A stretch of 64,000 nucleotides of DNA from an uncultured Flavobacteriaceae bacterium (GCA_963697395.1 CAVONX010000021.1:27693-91692); one strand, 5' to 3'. Shown: positions 36,432 through 45,984, numbered from the stretch's first letter. Made by a program: numbers and translations. Notes: generated by a model not told the origin, from the letters alone.

Positions 36432-37975
36432 AAAATCAGATGATACATAAAGATGGAATCATATCAAAAACAAAGGTTTTTGGCGTAGTTCCGGTATTTT
36501 TATTGTTCATTTTTACAGGCTGTATGAAAAGAGTTAATCAGTTGGATATCAAGGTGTACGAAACTTCGGCAAGCGGAAACAAGCTCACTGAAATAACAAC
36601 CTTTCAAAAGGTTAAAGACCCTATAGCCATAAAATTGATTCCAAACGAAAAATACCAAACCATAACAGGTTTTGGAGGGTCTTTTACAGAAGCATCCGCT
36701 TCTTTATTGAACCGGCTGGGTACAAAGAATAGAAACAAGGTTTTAGAAGCCTATTTTGGCAATGAGGGTGCCAAATATTCCCTTACGCGGACGCATATGA
36801 ATTCTTGTGACTTTTCACTAGGTAATTATTCATATGCACCGGTTGAAGGAGATCTGCAATTGGAACATTTTTCGATCAAAGAGGACAAGGACGATATTAT
36901 TCCCATGATACAGGAGGCTATGGCCATTTCAAGGGATGGGTTCAAGATTATTTCTTCCCCGTGGACCGCCCCGCCATGGATGAAGGATAATAAAGACTGG
37001 CGCGGTGGCCAACTGTTGCCCGAATATAGAGATACTTGGGCACTGTTCTTTTCAAAATATTTAGCTGCTTATAAAGCTGAAGGCATCAATATTTGGGGCT
37101 TTACAGTAGAGAATGAGCCCTTGGGCAATGACAGTAATTGGGAAAGTATGCATTTCACGCCCCAGGAGATGACCAGCTTTGTTCAAAATCACTTGGGCCC
37201 GAGATTGGAAGCCGATGGGCATGAAGTTAAGATTTTGGGGTATGACCAAAACCGAGAGCATTTGAAAGGGTGGGTTGATGTGATGTATGAAAATGAAGCA
37301 TCGTCAAAATACTTTGATGGCACGGCCATACACTGGTACGCTAGTACTTATGATGTTTTTCCGGATGCACTACAATATGCACACAACAAAGCACCCTATA
37401 AACACCTAATCCAGACGGAAGCATGCGTAGATGCAGAGGTTCCTAAATGGAAAGAGGATGCTTGGTATTGGAAAAAAGAAGCTACGGATTGGGGATGGGA
37501 TTGGGCACCAGAAAAGGATAAACACCTACATCCTAAATATGCACCTGTTAATAGATATGCTAGGGATATTATAGGTTGTTTGAACAATTGGGTAGACGGG
37601 TGGATTGACTGGAATATGGTTTTGGACAAACAAGGCGGCCCTAACTGGTTCAAAAATTGGTGTGTTGCCCCTGTCATTGTGGATCCAGAAAAGGATGAGG
37701 TCTATTTTACGCCTATTTATTATACTCTGGCACATTTTAGTAAATATATAAGACCGGGTGCCGTGCGTATTGGAGTAGAGAGTGCTTCAGAAGATCTCTT
37801 GGTCACCGCTGCAAAAAATCCAGATGGTTCAATAGCCGTTGTGCTATTTAATGAAGGCAACGAGCCAAAAGGTATAGAATTATCCTCATCTGGGAAGAGA
37901 GTGGGAATTAATATCAATGGTAAGGCTATACAAACAGTGGTCATTCCTAATATAGATAACAAAGAAACCAACTAA
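36428..37975 (+). CDS. GH30 glycosidase lipoprotein (beta-1,6-glucosidase/glucanase type)
   Basis: 515 aa with lipobox LFIFTGC|MKR. GH30 motifs are present: GFGGSFTEASA, acid/base FTVENEP and nucleophile LIQTEAC. An ATGA overlap joins it to the upstream GH17 gene. Confidence 0.85.
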   Translation: MKNQMIHKDGIISKTKVFGVVPVFLLFIFTGCMKRVNQLDIKVYETSASGNKLTEITTFQKVKDPIAIKLIPNEKYQTITGFGGSFTEASASLLNRLGTKNRNKVLEAYFGNEGAKYSLTRTHMNSCDFSLGNYSYAPVEGDLQLEHFSIKEDKDDIIPMIQEAMAISRDGFKIISSPWTAPPWMKDNKDWRGGQLLPEYRDTWALFFSKYLAAYKAEGINIWGFTVENEPLGNDSNWESMHFTPQEMTSFVQNHLGPRLEADGHEVKILGYDQNREHLKGWVDVMYENEASSKYFDGTAIHWYASTYDVFPDALQYAHNKAPYKHLIQTEACVDAEVPKWKEDAWYWKKEATDWGWDWAPEKDKHLHPKYAPVNRYARDIIGCLNNWVDGWIDWNMVLDKQGGPNWFKNWCVAPVIVDPEKDEVYFTPIYYTLAHFSKYIRPGAVRIGVESASEDLLVTAAKNPDGSIAVVLFNEGNEPKGIELSSSGKRVGININGKAIQTVVIPNIDNKETN

Positions 37976-37986
37976 ACTAAAATAGT

Positions 37987-40362
37987 ATGTCAACACAAGA
38001 ACTCGAGGTAAGAAATAAAGTGCCATTTGGCCAAAAGGTGGCTTTTGGGGTAGGCATGTTTGCAAATCAAATGTTTCCTGCTATCCTTGGAATATTTATG
38101 GTAGTCCTTGTACAATCATTCGGTTTTAACGGGTGGTTGTGGTCTCTTGTTTATTTTTTTCCAAGGATTTTTGATTCCATTACGGACCCTATTATGGGCT
38201 TTATTTCCGATAATACCAAATCCAAATGGGGTAGACGGAAGCAGTATGTTTTAATAGGCGCTATTTTAATGGGTGTCGCCTTTACCTTGATGTGGCAGTT
38301 ATATACCGATGATTCCTTACAGTATAATTTTTGGTATTTCTTTTTATGGTCCATTGTATTTTATTTAGGTCTAACATTTTTTAGTGTACCCTATGTGGCT
38401 ATGGGCTATGAAATGAGTGATGATTTTCACGAAAGAACCAATATTATGGCCATTGCTCAATGGATTGGCCAGTGGGCATGGGTTATTGCCCCTTGGTTTT
38501 GGGTGATTATGGATGATCCAGATTGGTTTCCGTCTCAAGACGTTGCTGTTCGCGAATTGGCAGTATGGGTGGCTGTGCCTTGTGCAATTGCTGCCATGGT
38601 GCCCGCTATATTTATTAAAAGTAAATCTACCCTTGAGGAAAATTATGAACCATTGACGGTCTCCAATATTGGTGGTAGTCTTACACAAATTTGGGAAAGC
38701 TTTAAAGATGCGTTTAAAATAGAAGAGTTTAGAAGGATTTGCGGTGCTACTTTTTTGATTTTTAATGCATTTAACACCGTAGCTGCATTAACTTATTTTG
38801 TTATTGTTTATAGGCTATTTAATGGTGATGCCGCCGCCACGGGTATCTGGGTTGCATTATTTGGTTGTATTGGAGCCTTGGGGACAACCTTCATCGTCAT
38901 TCCAGTTGTTGCCTGGATGTCAAAAAAAATGGGCAAGAAAAAAGCTTTCATGTGGGCCCAAGGTATTTCTCTCGTTGGGTATATTATGATGTATTTTCTT
39001 TTTATACCAGGAAAACCTTGGCTTTATATTATTGCACTACCCTTTTTCTCTTTCGGTATAGGGAGTTTATTTACCATAATGATGTCAATGACAGCTGATG
39101 TAATCGATATAGATGAATTGAATTCTGGTAAAAGACGAGAAGGTATTTTTGGTGCTATTTACTGGTGGATGGTTAAAGTTGGCTTTGCAATAGCTGGTGC
39201 GCTCAGTGGTGTAATTATTGGGGTCGTAGGCTTTGATCCAGCATTAGCAACGACGGAACAACAAACAGCAGTTGATGGTCTACATGCGTTCTTCTGCTTT
39301 TTTCCAGCGGTAGGTACTATTATCGCAATGCTCATAATGAAGAATTATGATGTTTCCGAAGAACGTTCAAATGAGATACGTACAGCATTGGACGATAAAA
39401 AAGCAGTAAAGCTTGCTAGTTATGCCAAGATGCGAGAATTATCTGATATCGATTTGAATTTGTTATCGGAGCAGGAGATTAAACTAAAATATCCAAGCTT
39501 TTTCACTACGGCTGTTGACTATGGTAAATTGAGTCATAAAGAGATTAAAAGAGAATTTAAGCGGGTTTTTGAAAACGGAATGACCGGTATTTGTTTTAGT
39601 GCTTACGAACCCGGGCAGTCACCTGGTGATATTATCACGGAACGTCAAATAAGAAAACGTTTAGAAGTGCTAAAGGGACATACCCAGTGGATACGGATTT
39701 TTTCTTGTACCAATGGACACGAACTAATTCCTGGAATAGCCAAGGAACTAGGGTTTAAAACATTAATGGGCGCCTGGATAAGTAATGATTTGGATCAGAA
39801 TCAAAAAGAGATAAAATCTTTGGTTAAACTTATAAATGATGGGGTTGTGGATATGGCTTCCGTTGGTAATGAGGTATTGTACAGAAATGAATTGAATGAA
39901 CAGAACATCATTGAATACATCAATCAAGTTAAAAAGCAAAGCAGTGGAACGCCTATTGGGTATGTGGATGCCTACTACGAATTTATCAACAAGCCAGAAC
40001 TAACTAATGCATGTGACGTTATCTTGGCGAATTGCTATCCCTTCTGGGAAGGGGCAACTGATAAAGTAGCCGGCTTTCACTTACAGGAAATGTATCGTAG
40101 AACCCTTGAAGCCGCAAAAGGCAAAAAGGTTATAATAGCCGAAACGGGATGGCCAAGCAAGGGGCAAACGGTACAAGGAGCACATCCTTCAGAGGAAAAT
40201 GTAATGAAGTACTTCATTAAAACACAGCTCTGGGCGCAAAAGGAACAGGTAGATATGTTTTATTTTGCCTCTTTTGATGAATCCTGGAAAATTCATTCAG
40301 AAGGTTGGGCCGGAACCTCGTGGGGATTATGGGATAAAAACGAAAATTTTAAATTCGATTAG
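37987..40362 (+). CDS. fusion protein: GPH/MFS-type sugar:cation symporter (aa 1 to ~455) plus a cytoplasmic GH17 domain (aa ~515-791)
   Basis: 791 aa. The N-terminal half has about 12 TM helices with GPH-family features (DSITDPIMGFISDNTKSKWGRRKQY). After a ~60-aa linker comes a complete GH17 domain with SVGNEVLYRN (acid/base) and IIAETGWPSKG (nucleophile). Confidence 0.85.
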   Translation: MSTQELEVRNKVPFGQKVAFGVGMFANQMFPAILGIFMVVLVQSFGFNGWLWSLVYFFPRIFDSITDPIMGFISDNTKSKWGRRKQYVLIGAILMGVAFTLMWQLYTDDSLQYNFWYFFLWSIVFYLGLTFFSVPYVAMGYEMSDDFHERTNIMAIAQWIGQWAWVIAPWFWVIMDDPDWFPSQDVAVRELAVWVAVPCAIAAMVPAIFIKSKSTLEENYEPLTVSNIGGSLTQIWESFKDAFKIEEFRRICGATFLIFNAFNTVAALTYFVIVYRLFNGDAAATGIWVALFGCIGALGTTFIVIPVVAWMSKKMGKKKAFMWAQGISLVGYIMMYFLFIPGKPWLYIIALPFFSFGIGSLFTIMMSMTADVIDIDELNSGKRREGIFGAIYWWMVKVGFAIAGALSGVIIGVVGFDPALATTEQQTAVDGLHAFFCFFPAVGTIIAMLIMKNYDVSEERSNEIRTALDDKKAVKLASYAKMRELSDIDLNLLSEQEIKLKYPSFFTTAVDYGKLSHKEIKREFKRVFENGMTGICFSAYEPGQSPGDIITERQIRKRLEVLKGHTQWIRIFSCTNGHELIPGIAKELGFKTLMGAWISNDLDQNQKEIKSLVKLINDGVVDMASVGNEVLYRNELNEQNIIEYINQVKKQSSGTPIGYVDAYYEFINKPELTNACDVILANCYPFWEGATDKVAGFHLQEMYRRTLEAAKGKKVIIAETGWPSKGQTVQGAHPSEENVMKYFIKTQLWAQKEQVDMFYFASFDESWKIHSEGWAGTSWGLWDKNENFKFD

Positions 40363-40382
40363 CGTACTTCAATAGAAATAAT

Positions 40383-41291
40383 ATGTCATATAGAGAAGGT
40401 CATCATTTTACCCTTGCCAAGAACAATTATAGCGGGCATACGGGAGTAGATTTTAATAAGGTCACAAATAGCGGGCTAAAGGATTTATGGTTAGAAACCT
40501 TGCAAAATGGAATGCACGGGCTTTGCTTTAGCATGTATGAGGACGGGCAAAAACCAGGTGATATCATCACCGAAGAACAAGTGGCCCGACGTATAAAAAT
40601 AATTAAGCCCTACACAAAATGGGTCCGCTCATTTTCTTGTATTGAGGGCAATGAACATATTCCGAAAATCGCTAAGGAAAATGGACTTAAAACCATGGTC
40701 GGGGCTTGGTTAAGTGAAGATTTAGAACTTAACGAAAAAGAGATGGAGGGGTTGATTGCCCTTGCCAAGTCAGGTTATGTTGATATTGCTGCGGTGGGTA
40801 ACGAAGTGTTGTACCGTAACGATTTAACTAAAGAACAGTTGTTAGGGTATATACAGCGCGTTAAAGATGCACTTCCGGATGTTGAGGTTGGGTATGTAGA
40901 TGCCTATTATGAATTTTCGGTACATCCAGAATTGGTAGACGCTTGTGATGTTGTATTATCTAACTGCTATCCTTATTGGGAGGGTTGTCCGCAAGAGTTT
41001 TCCTTAAATCATATGCAACAGATGTATGGTCAAGCAACCGATGCGGCAAGAGGTAAAAAAGTTGTTATTACGGAAACAGGTTGGCCCAGTCAAGGGGAAA
41101 GTCTCCGTGGTGCTCATTCCTCCAAGGAAAACGCCATGAAATACTTTATCAATAGTCAAGTTTGGTCGGAAAAAGAAAATGTTGAAATGTTTTATTTTTC
41201 CTCTTTTGATGAGTCCTGGAAAATAGGAGATGAAGGAGAAGTTGGTGCCTATTGGGGCTTATGGGATAAACATGAAAAATTGAAGTTTTGA
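40383..41291 (+). CDS. cytoplasmic GH17 family protein (stand-alone paralog of the transporter-fused domain)
   Basis: 302 aa with no signal peptide. It has AVGNEVLYRN and VITETGWPSQG and is collinear with residues ~520-791 of 37987..40362. Confidence 0.85.
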   Translation: MSYREGHHFTLAKNNYSGHTGVDFNKVTNSGLKDLWLETLQNGMHGLCFSMYEDGQKPGDIITEEQVARRIKIIKPYTKWVRSFSCIEGNEHIPKIAKENGLKTMVGAWLSEDLELNEKEMEGLIALAKSGYVDIAAVGNEVLYRNDLTKEQLLGYIQRVKDALPDVEVGYVDAYYEFSVHPELVDACDVVLSNCYPYWEGCPQEFSLNHMQQMYGQATDAARGKKVVITETGWPSQGESLRGAHSSKENAMKYFINSQVWSEKENVEMFYFSSFDESWKIGDEGEVGAYWGLWDKHEKLKF

Positions 41292-41595
41292 ATCATTACT
41301 TTCTGGGGAATACTTTCTACAAAGTAGGGATTTGGCTAATGCAGAAATTAGAATGAAATCCATTTTGAATTGCTGGACATATAATTATTAGAAGTTAACT
41401 TTATACTATTAGGATTTGAATGGAGTGTGGCCATTGATGTATCCCTGGATAAGAATAACAATGGGTAGAAGAACTGCTGTATTTCCATTTTGTAGAGGAA
41501 CAAAGTTAAAAGGGTCCCCATTTTCTTGATGTACTAAAATCCAAAGTCTGTTAGCAGTCACGGGAGCAACAGCACAACAAGTTCTCAATTATACG

Positions 41596-42399
41596 ATGTA
41601 TGTGTATAATATGAATTTGATTAACCCTGCGTATGCAGGGTCTAATGAAACGACAGATTTAGGTGTAAATATTCGAAGCCAATGGTCCAATGTAAAAGGT
41701 GCACCTGAAACCCAAAGTTTTATTTTTGGAACACCAGTTGGTAAAAATCTTGGCTTAGGCTTGTCCGTAATAAGCGACAAAACCTTTATTGAAAAACAAA
41801 CTTCAGTAGCTGTTGATTTTTCGTATCATTTAAAAGTAACCGACCAACATGATTTATATTTAGGACTAAAAGCTGGTTTTAATTCCTATAATGCAAATAC
41901 GGATGGTTTGCTTACTTATGGACTTCATCAAGATCCTAATTTAATGAATATAAACTGTAGGTTTAATCCTAATTTTGGTGCTGGCGCTTATTTAAACTAT
42001 GAGGACTATTTTTTATCGTTTTCAATTCCTAAAATTTTAACCAATGATAGGCTAGAAGAGGAAAATGGTATTGCACGTACTGGTACTGATAGACAACATG
42101 TATATTTAGCAGGGGGATATAATTTTCCATTAAGTAAAAATACCGTATTGAAACCTAGTGTTTTATTTCGTTATGTAAATGCATCACCATTATCGGTTGA
42201 TGTAACGGCTATTTTAGAATTAAACAGCAACTTTGATTTAGGTGCCGCCTATAGAATAGATGAAAGTTTTAGTGGATTAGCGATTTTTAATATTTCAAAC
42301 AATATTAAGATCGGGTATGCTTATGAAGTTTCAGTTCAGAGTTCCGTTAGATATATTGATAACGGTACTCACGAAATTATGTTAAGATTGCAATTATAA
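41596..42399 (+). CDS. PorP/SprF-family T9SS membrane protein, apparently 5'-truncated
   Basis: YVYNMNLINPAYAGSNETTDLGVNIRSQWSNVKGAPETQSF is the conserved PorP/SprF N-terminal block. The frame is open upstream to TGA 41527 and encodes the tail of a signal peptide (KIQSLLAVTGATAQQVLNYT), but it has no start codon. Confidence 0.65.
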   Translation: MYVYNMNLINPAYAGSNETTDLGVNIRSQWSNVKGAPETQSFIFGTPVGKNLGLGLSVISDKTFIEKQTSVAVDFSYHLKVTDQHDLYLGLKAGFNSYNANTDGLLTYGLHQDPNLMNINCRFNPNFGAGAYLNYEDYFLSFSIPKILTNDRLEEENGIARTGTDRQHVYLAGGYNFPLSKNTVLKPSVLFRYVNASPLSVDVTAILELNSNFDLGAAYRIDESFSGLAIFNISNNIKIGYAYEVSVQSSVRYIDNGTHEIMLRLQL

Positions 42400-42503
42400 G
42401 ACCTCATAAGGTAATGCCATTAGTGTGGCTTTAAATAGTTTATCCGTAAGCAATTAGTTGTTACAAAAAATTTGTACTTTGAGTCTTAATTAGTTACATA
42501 ATC

Positions 42504-43901
42504 ATGGATTCAAATAGAAGAAATTTTTTAAAAAAGACCTCAATTGTAGGTGCAGGGCTTGCTTTAACTCCAAGCATTTCAAGTGCTAACCTATCGGGAG
42601 CCAATCGACATTCTTTTGCACAGTACATGGGCGATTTTAAAGCTCCTAAATTGGATATTGTTCGGTTTGCATTTATAGGGGTAGGAGCCCGTGGATCGGG
42701 TCACGCCCAGCAATTTGCGGCGATAGAGGGAACCGAAGTTGTAGCCATATCGGACTTATATGAGGATCTGGCTATCAAATCCGCCGAGGTGTGCAAGGAA
42801 TATGGTAAAGGACAAAGGCATAAGAACATAAAGCTTTATACCAACGGTCAGGATGATTGGCGTAAAATGCTAAAAGAACAAAAGCCGGATGCCGTGATTG
42901 TTGCTACGCCATGGAAACTCCATGCGCCCATGGCCATTGAGGCCATGAATGCCGGAGCTCACGTCTTCGTAGAAGTCCCCTTGGCACTTACCATAGAGGA
43001 AATGTGGCAATTGGTAGACACCTCCGAAAAGACGAAAAAGCATTGCATGATGATGGAGAATGTCAATTATGGCCGCGAAGAGCTATTGTACTTGAATATG
43101 TGCCGTCAGGGCGTAATTGGTGAACTACTTCATGGCGAAGCTGCCTATATTCATGAGCTTAGAGGGCAGATGGACGAGGTGGAGCGGGGTACGGGTTCTT
43201 GGCGAACCCCCCATTATGCACATCGAAACGGAAACCTTTATTCCACCCATGGGTTGGGACCTGTAGCACAATACATGAACATTGGACGTGGCGAGGACAC
43301 TTTTAAATTCATCAATTCCTTTTCATCGCCGGCCAAGGGGCGTGGGTTGTACGCCGAGAAGAATTATCCCGCCGATCATAAATGGAATCAATTGGATTAT
43401 AAAGGTGGGGATTTGAATACGAGCATAGTCAAGACACAACTTGGACGAACCATTATGGTACAATGGGATGAGACCAGTCCACGTCCGTACACACGCCATA
43501 ACCTTATTCAGGGTACCAAAGGGACATTGGCCGGTTTTCCGGTACGCGTAGCTCTAGAAGGCGGGGTAGAAGGTGGTTCCGAGAGCCACCACGAATGGGC
43601 AGAAGGAGAAGGCTTGCAGAAAATATATGAAAAGTATGAGCATCCGATGTACAAGCGATTGGGTGAAATGGCATTAAAAATGGGAGGCCATGGTGGCATG
43701 GATTTTATAATGCGCTACCGTATCGTTGAATGTCTGCTAAATGGTACGCCTTTAGACCAAAACGTTTATGAAGGTTGTTTGTGGAGTGCCGTGGGTACCT
43801 TGAGCGAGGCATCCGTAGCTATGAACGGGGCTCCGCAGGAATTTCCCGATTTCACTAGGGGAGCCTGGAAAACAACGAATCCCCTTGAAATTATAGGTTA
43901 G
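42504..43901 (+). CDS. TAT-exported Gfo/Idh/MocA-fold oxidoreductase (GH109-like)
   Basis: 465 aa with a twin-arginine signal (SNRRNFLKKTSIVGAGLAL) and a Rossmann motif (FIGVGARGSG). The architecture is typical of GH109-like NAD-dependent glycosidases and periplasmic sugar oxidoreductases. Confidence 0.75.
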   Translation: MDSNRRNFLKKTSIVGAGLALTPSISSANLSGANRHSFAQYMGDFKAPKLDIVRFAFIGVGARGSGHAQQFAAIEGTEVVAISDLYEDLAIKSAEVCKEYGKGQRHKNIKLYTNGQDDWRKMLKEQKPDAVIVATPWKLHAPMAIEAMNAGAHVFVEVPLALTIEEMWQLVDTSEKTKKHCMMMENVNYGREELLYLNMCRQGVIGELLHGEAAYIHELRGQMDEVERGTGSWRTPHYAHRNGNLYSTHGLGPVAQYMNIGRGEDTFKFINSFSSPAKGRGLYAEKNYPADHKWNQLDYKGGDLNTSIVKTQLGRTIMVQWDETSPRPYTRHNLIQGTKGTLAGFPVRVALEGGVEGGSESHHEWAEGEGLQKIYEKYEHPMYKRLGEMALKMGGHGGMDFIMRYRIVECLLNGTPLDQNVYEGCLWSAVGTLSEASVAMNGAPQEFPDFTRGAWKTTNPLEIIG

Positions 43902-43916
43902 AATAGTAGATTTGCC

Positions 43917-43952
43917 AAAAATTAATGCCCCTTAAACGGGGCATTAATTTTT
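43917..43952 (+). terminator. strong rho-independent terminator
   Basis: A 15-bp perfect stem, AAAAATTAATGCCCC (43917-43931) pairing with GGGGCATTAATTTTT (43938-43952), encloses the loop TTAAAC. It lies 16 nt after the stop at 43901. Confidence 0.85.
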
Positions 43953-44342
43953 GGCCTTAAGTGGTGATGCTATTTTTAAAAATGCCTTTGCAAATTTGAA
44001 AGTTTGATAAAAGAGGTAAGCGATTTAAAGAATTTCTAGAATGCTCTTATAGTTGGGTTATGTAGTTCAGAATTAGAAGATAAATAAGGTAATACCTGTT
44101 CAGCTTAGCTATTTTAAGGGTTATAATAATGTCTAGTACAGTTGAGAGTTCTGTCTCAAAGAATCTACTTTTTCCCATACTAGGAAAATTATGTTGACGG
44201 ATGTTCTTAAAGTGATATTTCTAAAATAGCACATTGAACTGAAGCCGAAGCATAGCCACCAGAAGATAAACCCTCAAGACTTGTATAGCTATTAGCCATC
44301 CTTTACTTATTTCAGTTGTAATTCTCTTAAACAATTTAGATT

Positions 44343-45923
44343 CTATAGCATTTTCAATACACTTTTCCCCGTAATAGCCGTTACCGTTAAAACACCCGAG
44401 AATAAAGCACCTCCTATGCCGGCAGTCGCGATATCCTGACCGGTTAAATAGAATTTTTTTATAGGAGTTCTTGGTTTTAAAAAAGTCTGTCGGAAACGAG
44501 AAGGGGAATGGTCCAGTCCATAGATCTCGCCTTTTTCATAGTTCACGAAATGCTGTGTGGTAAGTGGGGTAGAAAGCTCATAGCAACTCACTTTTCCTTC
44601 TACTTGAGGTAACTGTTTGTACAGCGCTCGCAACAAGCGCTGTGCAAATTCCTCTTTCTTGGCTTCATAGGCATCCCCTCGTTTTTTCCAAGGTTTGTTT
44701 TCCCACTCTCCAAAAGCTTCGAAGGGAATCAACGTAATAATATCGATAGTGCTTTTTCCGGGATATCGATTAGTCCAATCTGGGTCTTTAGCCGATGGAA
44801 AGGAAAGATACACCACCGGAAAAGGTTGGTTAAGGTCTTCCAAATAACGCTCAACACAGGTATCATGATCGGCATCATCGGGATAAATCCAATAGTTAGT
44901 TTTTGGTAGCTCTAGTTCTTCTGGAGAACCCTCCAAACCAATATATAGGCTTAAGTGGGCTGCGGAGGGTTTAATTTTTTTGAGCTGTTCTTTAAGCCGA
45001 TGTTTATCTACAATACGTTTTGGTAACAGTTGGTTGTAGGTTGTTATAATTCCTGCATTGCTCACAACTTGCTTCGATTTGAATATCCGACCATCTTTCA
45101 TGCGTACACCAATTGCTCGGTTTTTTTCGATAAGTACTTCATCGACCTCGGCACTTATTAAAATGGTTCCGCCTGCGCTACTTATTACCGGAGCTATTGT
45201 ATTTACGATTTGGGAAGAGCCACCGATAGGAAAATTGCCGCCATCAAAATAATGCCTGGCCAAGGAGGCATGCATATAAAAGCTACTTCGTCTTGGAGGT
45301 AGCCCATAATCGCCATATTGTCCGGTCAGCACTTTAATCAGCTCTTCGTTATCGGTCAGGGAGCGGAGAACTTCATAGGTGGTTTTATCGGAATATTCAT
45401 ACAACGGTTTTTTCATAAAGCCACCTGCCAACCTACTTAGGAAAGGCGGTAGTGCTTTGCTCATGTAATAATTTTTGCTGGTTTTTACCGCTTTAAAAAC
45501 TAAATCGATATAGGTATTTATCGCTTTTTCTTCGTTTGGAAAATAGGATGTCAACCGTTCTTTAAAATTTTTGACGCCCTTTACAAAATCATACTGTTTA
45601 TCGCCTATGACAATGCGGTCATACACCTCGCCCATGTCCGCCCATTTCAATTGACCATCCGTAATGTAGCTAAAGAGTTTTCGCAACAGGCTGTTTTCGC
45701 GTTGCATTTCACCAATATAATGGATACCCACATCCCATTCATAGCCTTTTCGCTTAAAAATATGTGTAAAACCACCGGCGGTATAGTGTCGTTCTAGCAC
45801 CAAAACAGGCCGCCCTTGTTTTGCGAGTATTGCGGCCGTAGCCAAACCTCCCATACCCGAACCTATGATGATGGTGTCATAAACATCAAGTACTTCAGGT
45901 TTTTTTTTGTAGGATTGAATCAT
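44343..45923 (-). CDS. FAD/NAD(P)-dependent oxidoreductase, phytoene-desaturase (CrtI)/retinol-saturase-like family
   Basis: 526 aa with an N-terminal dinucleotide-binding motif (DTIIIGSGMGGLATAAILAKQGRPVLVLERH). Its length and C-terminal FAD motif (YLTGQDIATAGIGGAL) fit the family. Confidence 0.75.
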   Translation of the reverse strand: MIQSYKKKPEVLDVYDTIIIGSGMGGLATAAILAKQGRPVLVLERHYTAGGFTHIFKRKGYEWDVGIHYIGEMQRENSLLRKLFSYITDGQLKWADMGEVYDRIVIGDKQYDFVKGVKNFKERLTSYFPNEEKAINTYIDLVFKAVKTSKNYYMSKALPPFLSRLAGGFMKKPLYEYSDKTTYEVLRSLTDNEELIKVLTGQYGDYGLPPRRSSFYMHASLARHYFDGGNFPIGGSSQIVNTIAPVISSAGGTILISAEVDEVLIEKNRAIGVRMKDGRIFKSKQVVSNAGIITTYNQLLPKRIVDKHRLKEQLKKIKPSAAHLSLYIGLEGSPEELELPKTNYWIYPDDADHDTCVERYLEDLNQPFPVVYLSFPSAKDPDWTNRYPGKSTIDIITLIPFEAFGEWENKPWKKRGDAYEAKKEEFAQRLLRALYKQLPQVEGKVSCYELSTPLTTQHFVNYEKGEIYGLDHSPSRFRQTFLKPRTPIKKFYLTGQDIATAGIGGALFSGVLTVTAITGKSVLKML

Positions 45924-45984
45924 TGATTGAAATTAAAAGGGAGTTGAGCTCCGTATATCTTAGATGTAATAAGATATACAACAA

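Noticed and set aside
20641-41291. Search for SusC-like (TonB-dependent, ~1000 aa, plug plus 22-strand barrel) and SusD-like genes in the glucan locus
   Set aside because: This is rejected as a feature because none is present. The only ~1000-aa envelope protein (23694..26894) starts with a glycosidase domain rather than a CarboxypepD_reg, plug or TonB-box region. The absence itself is reported as a finding.
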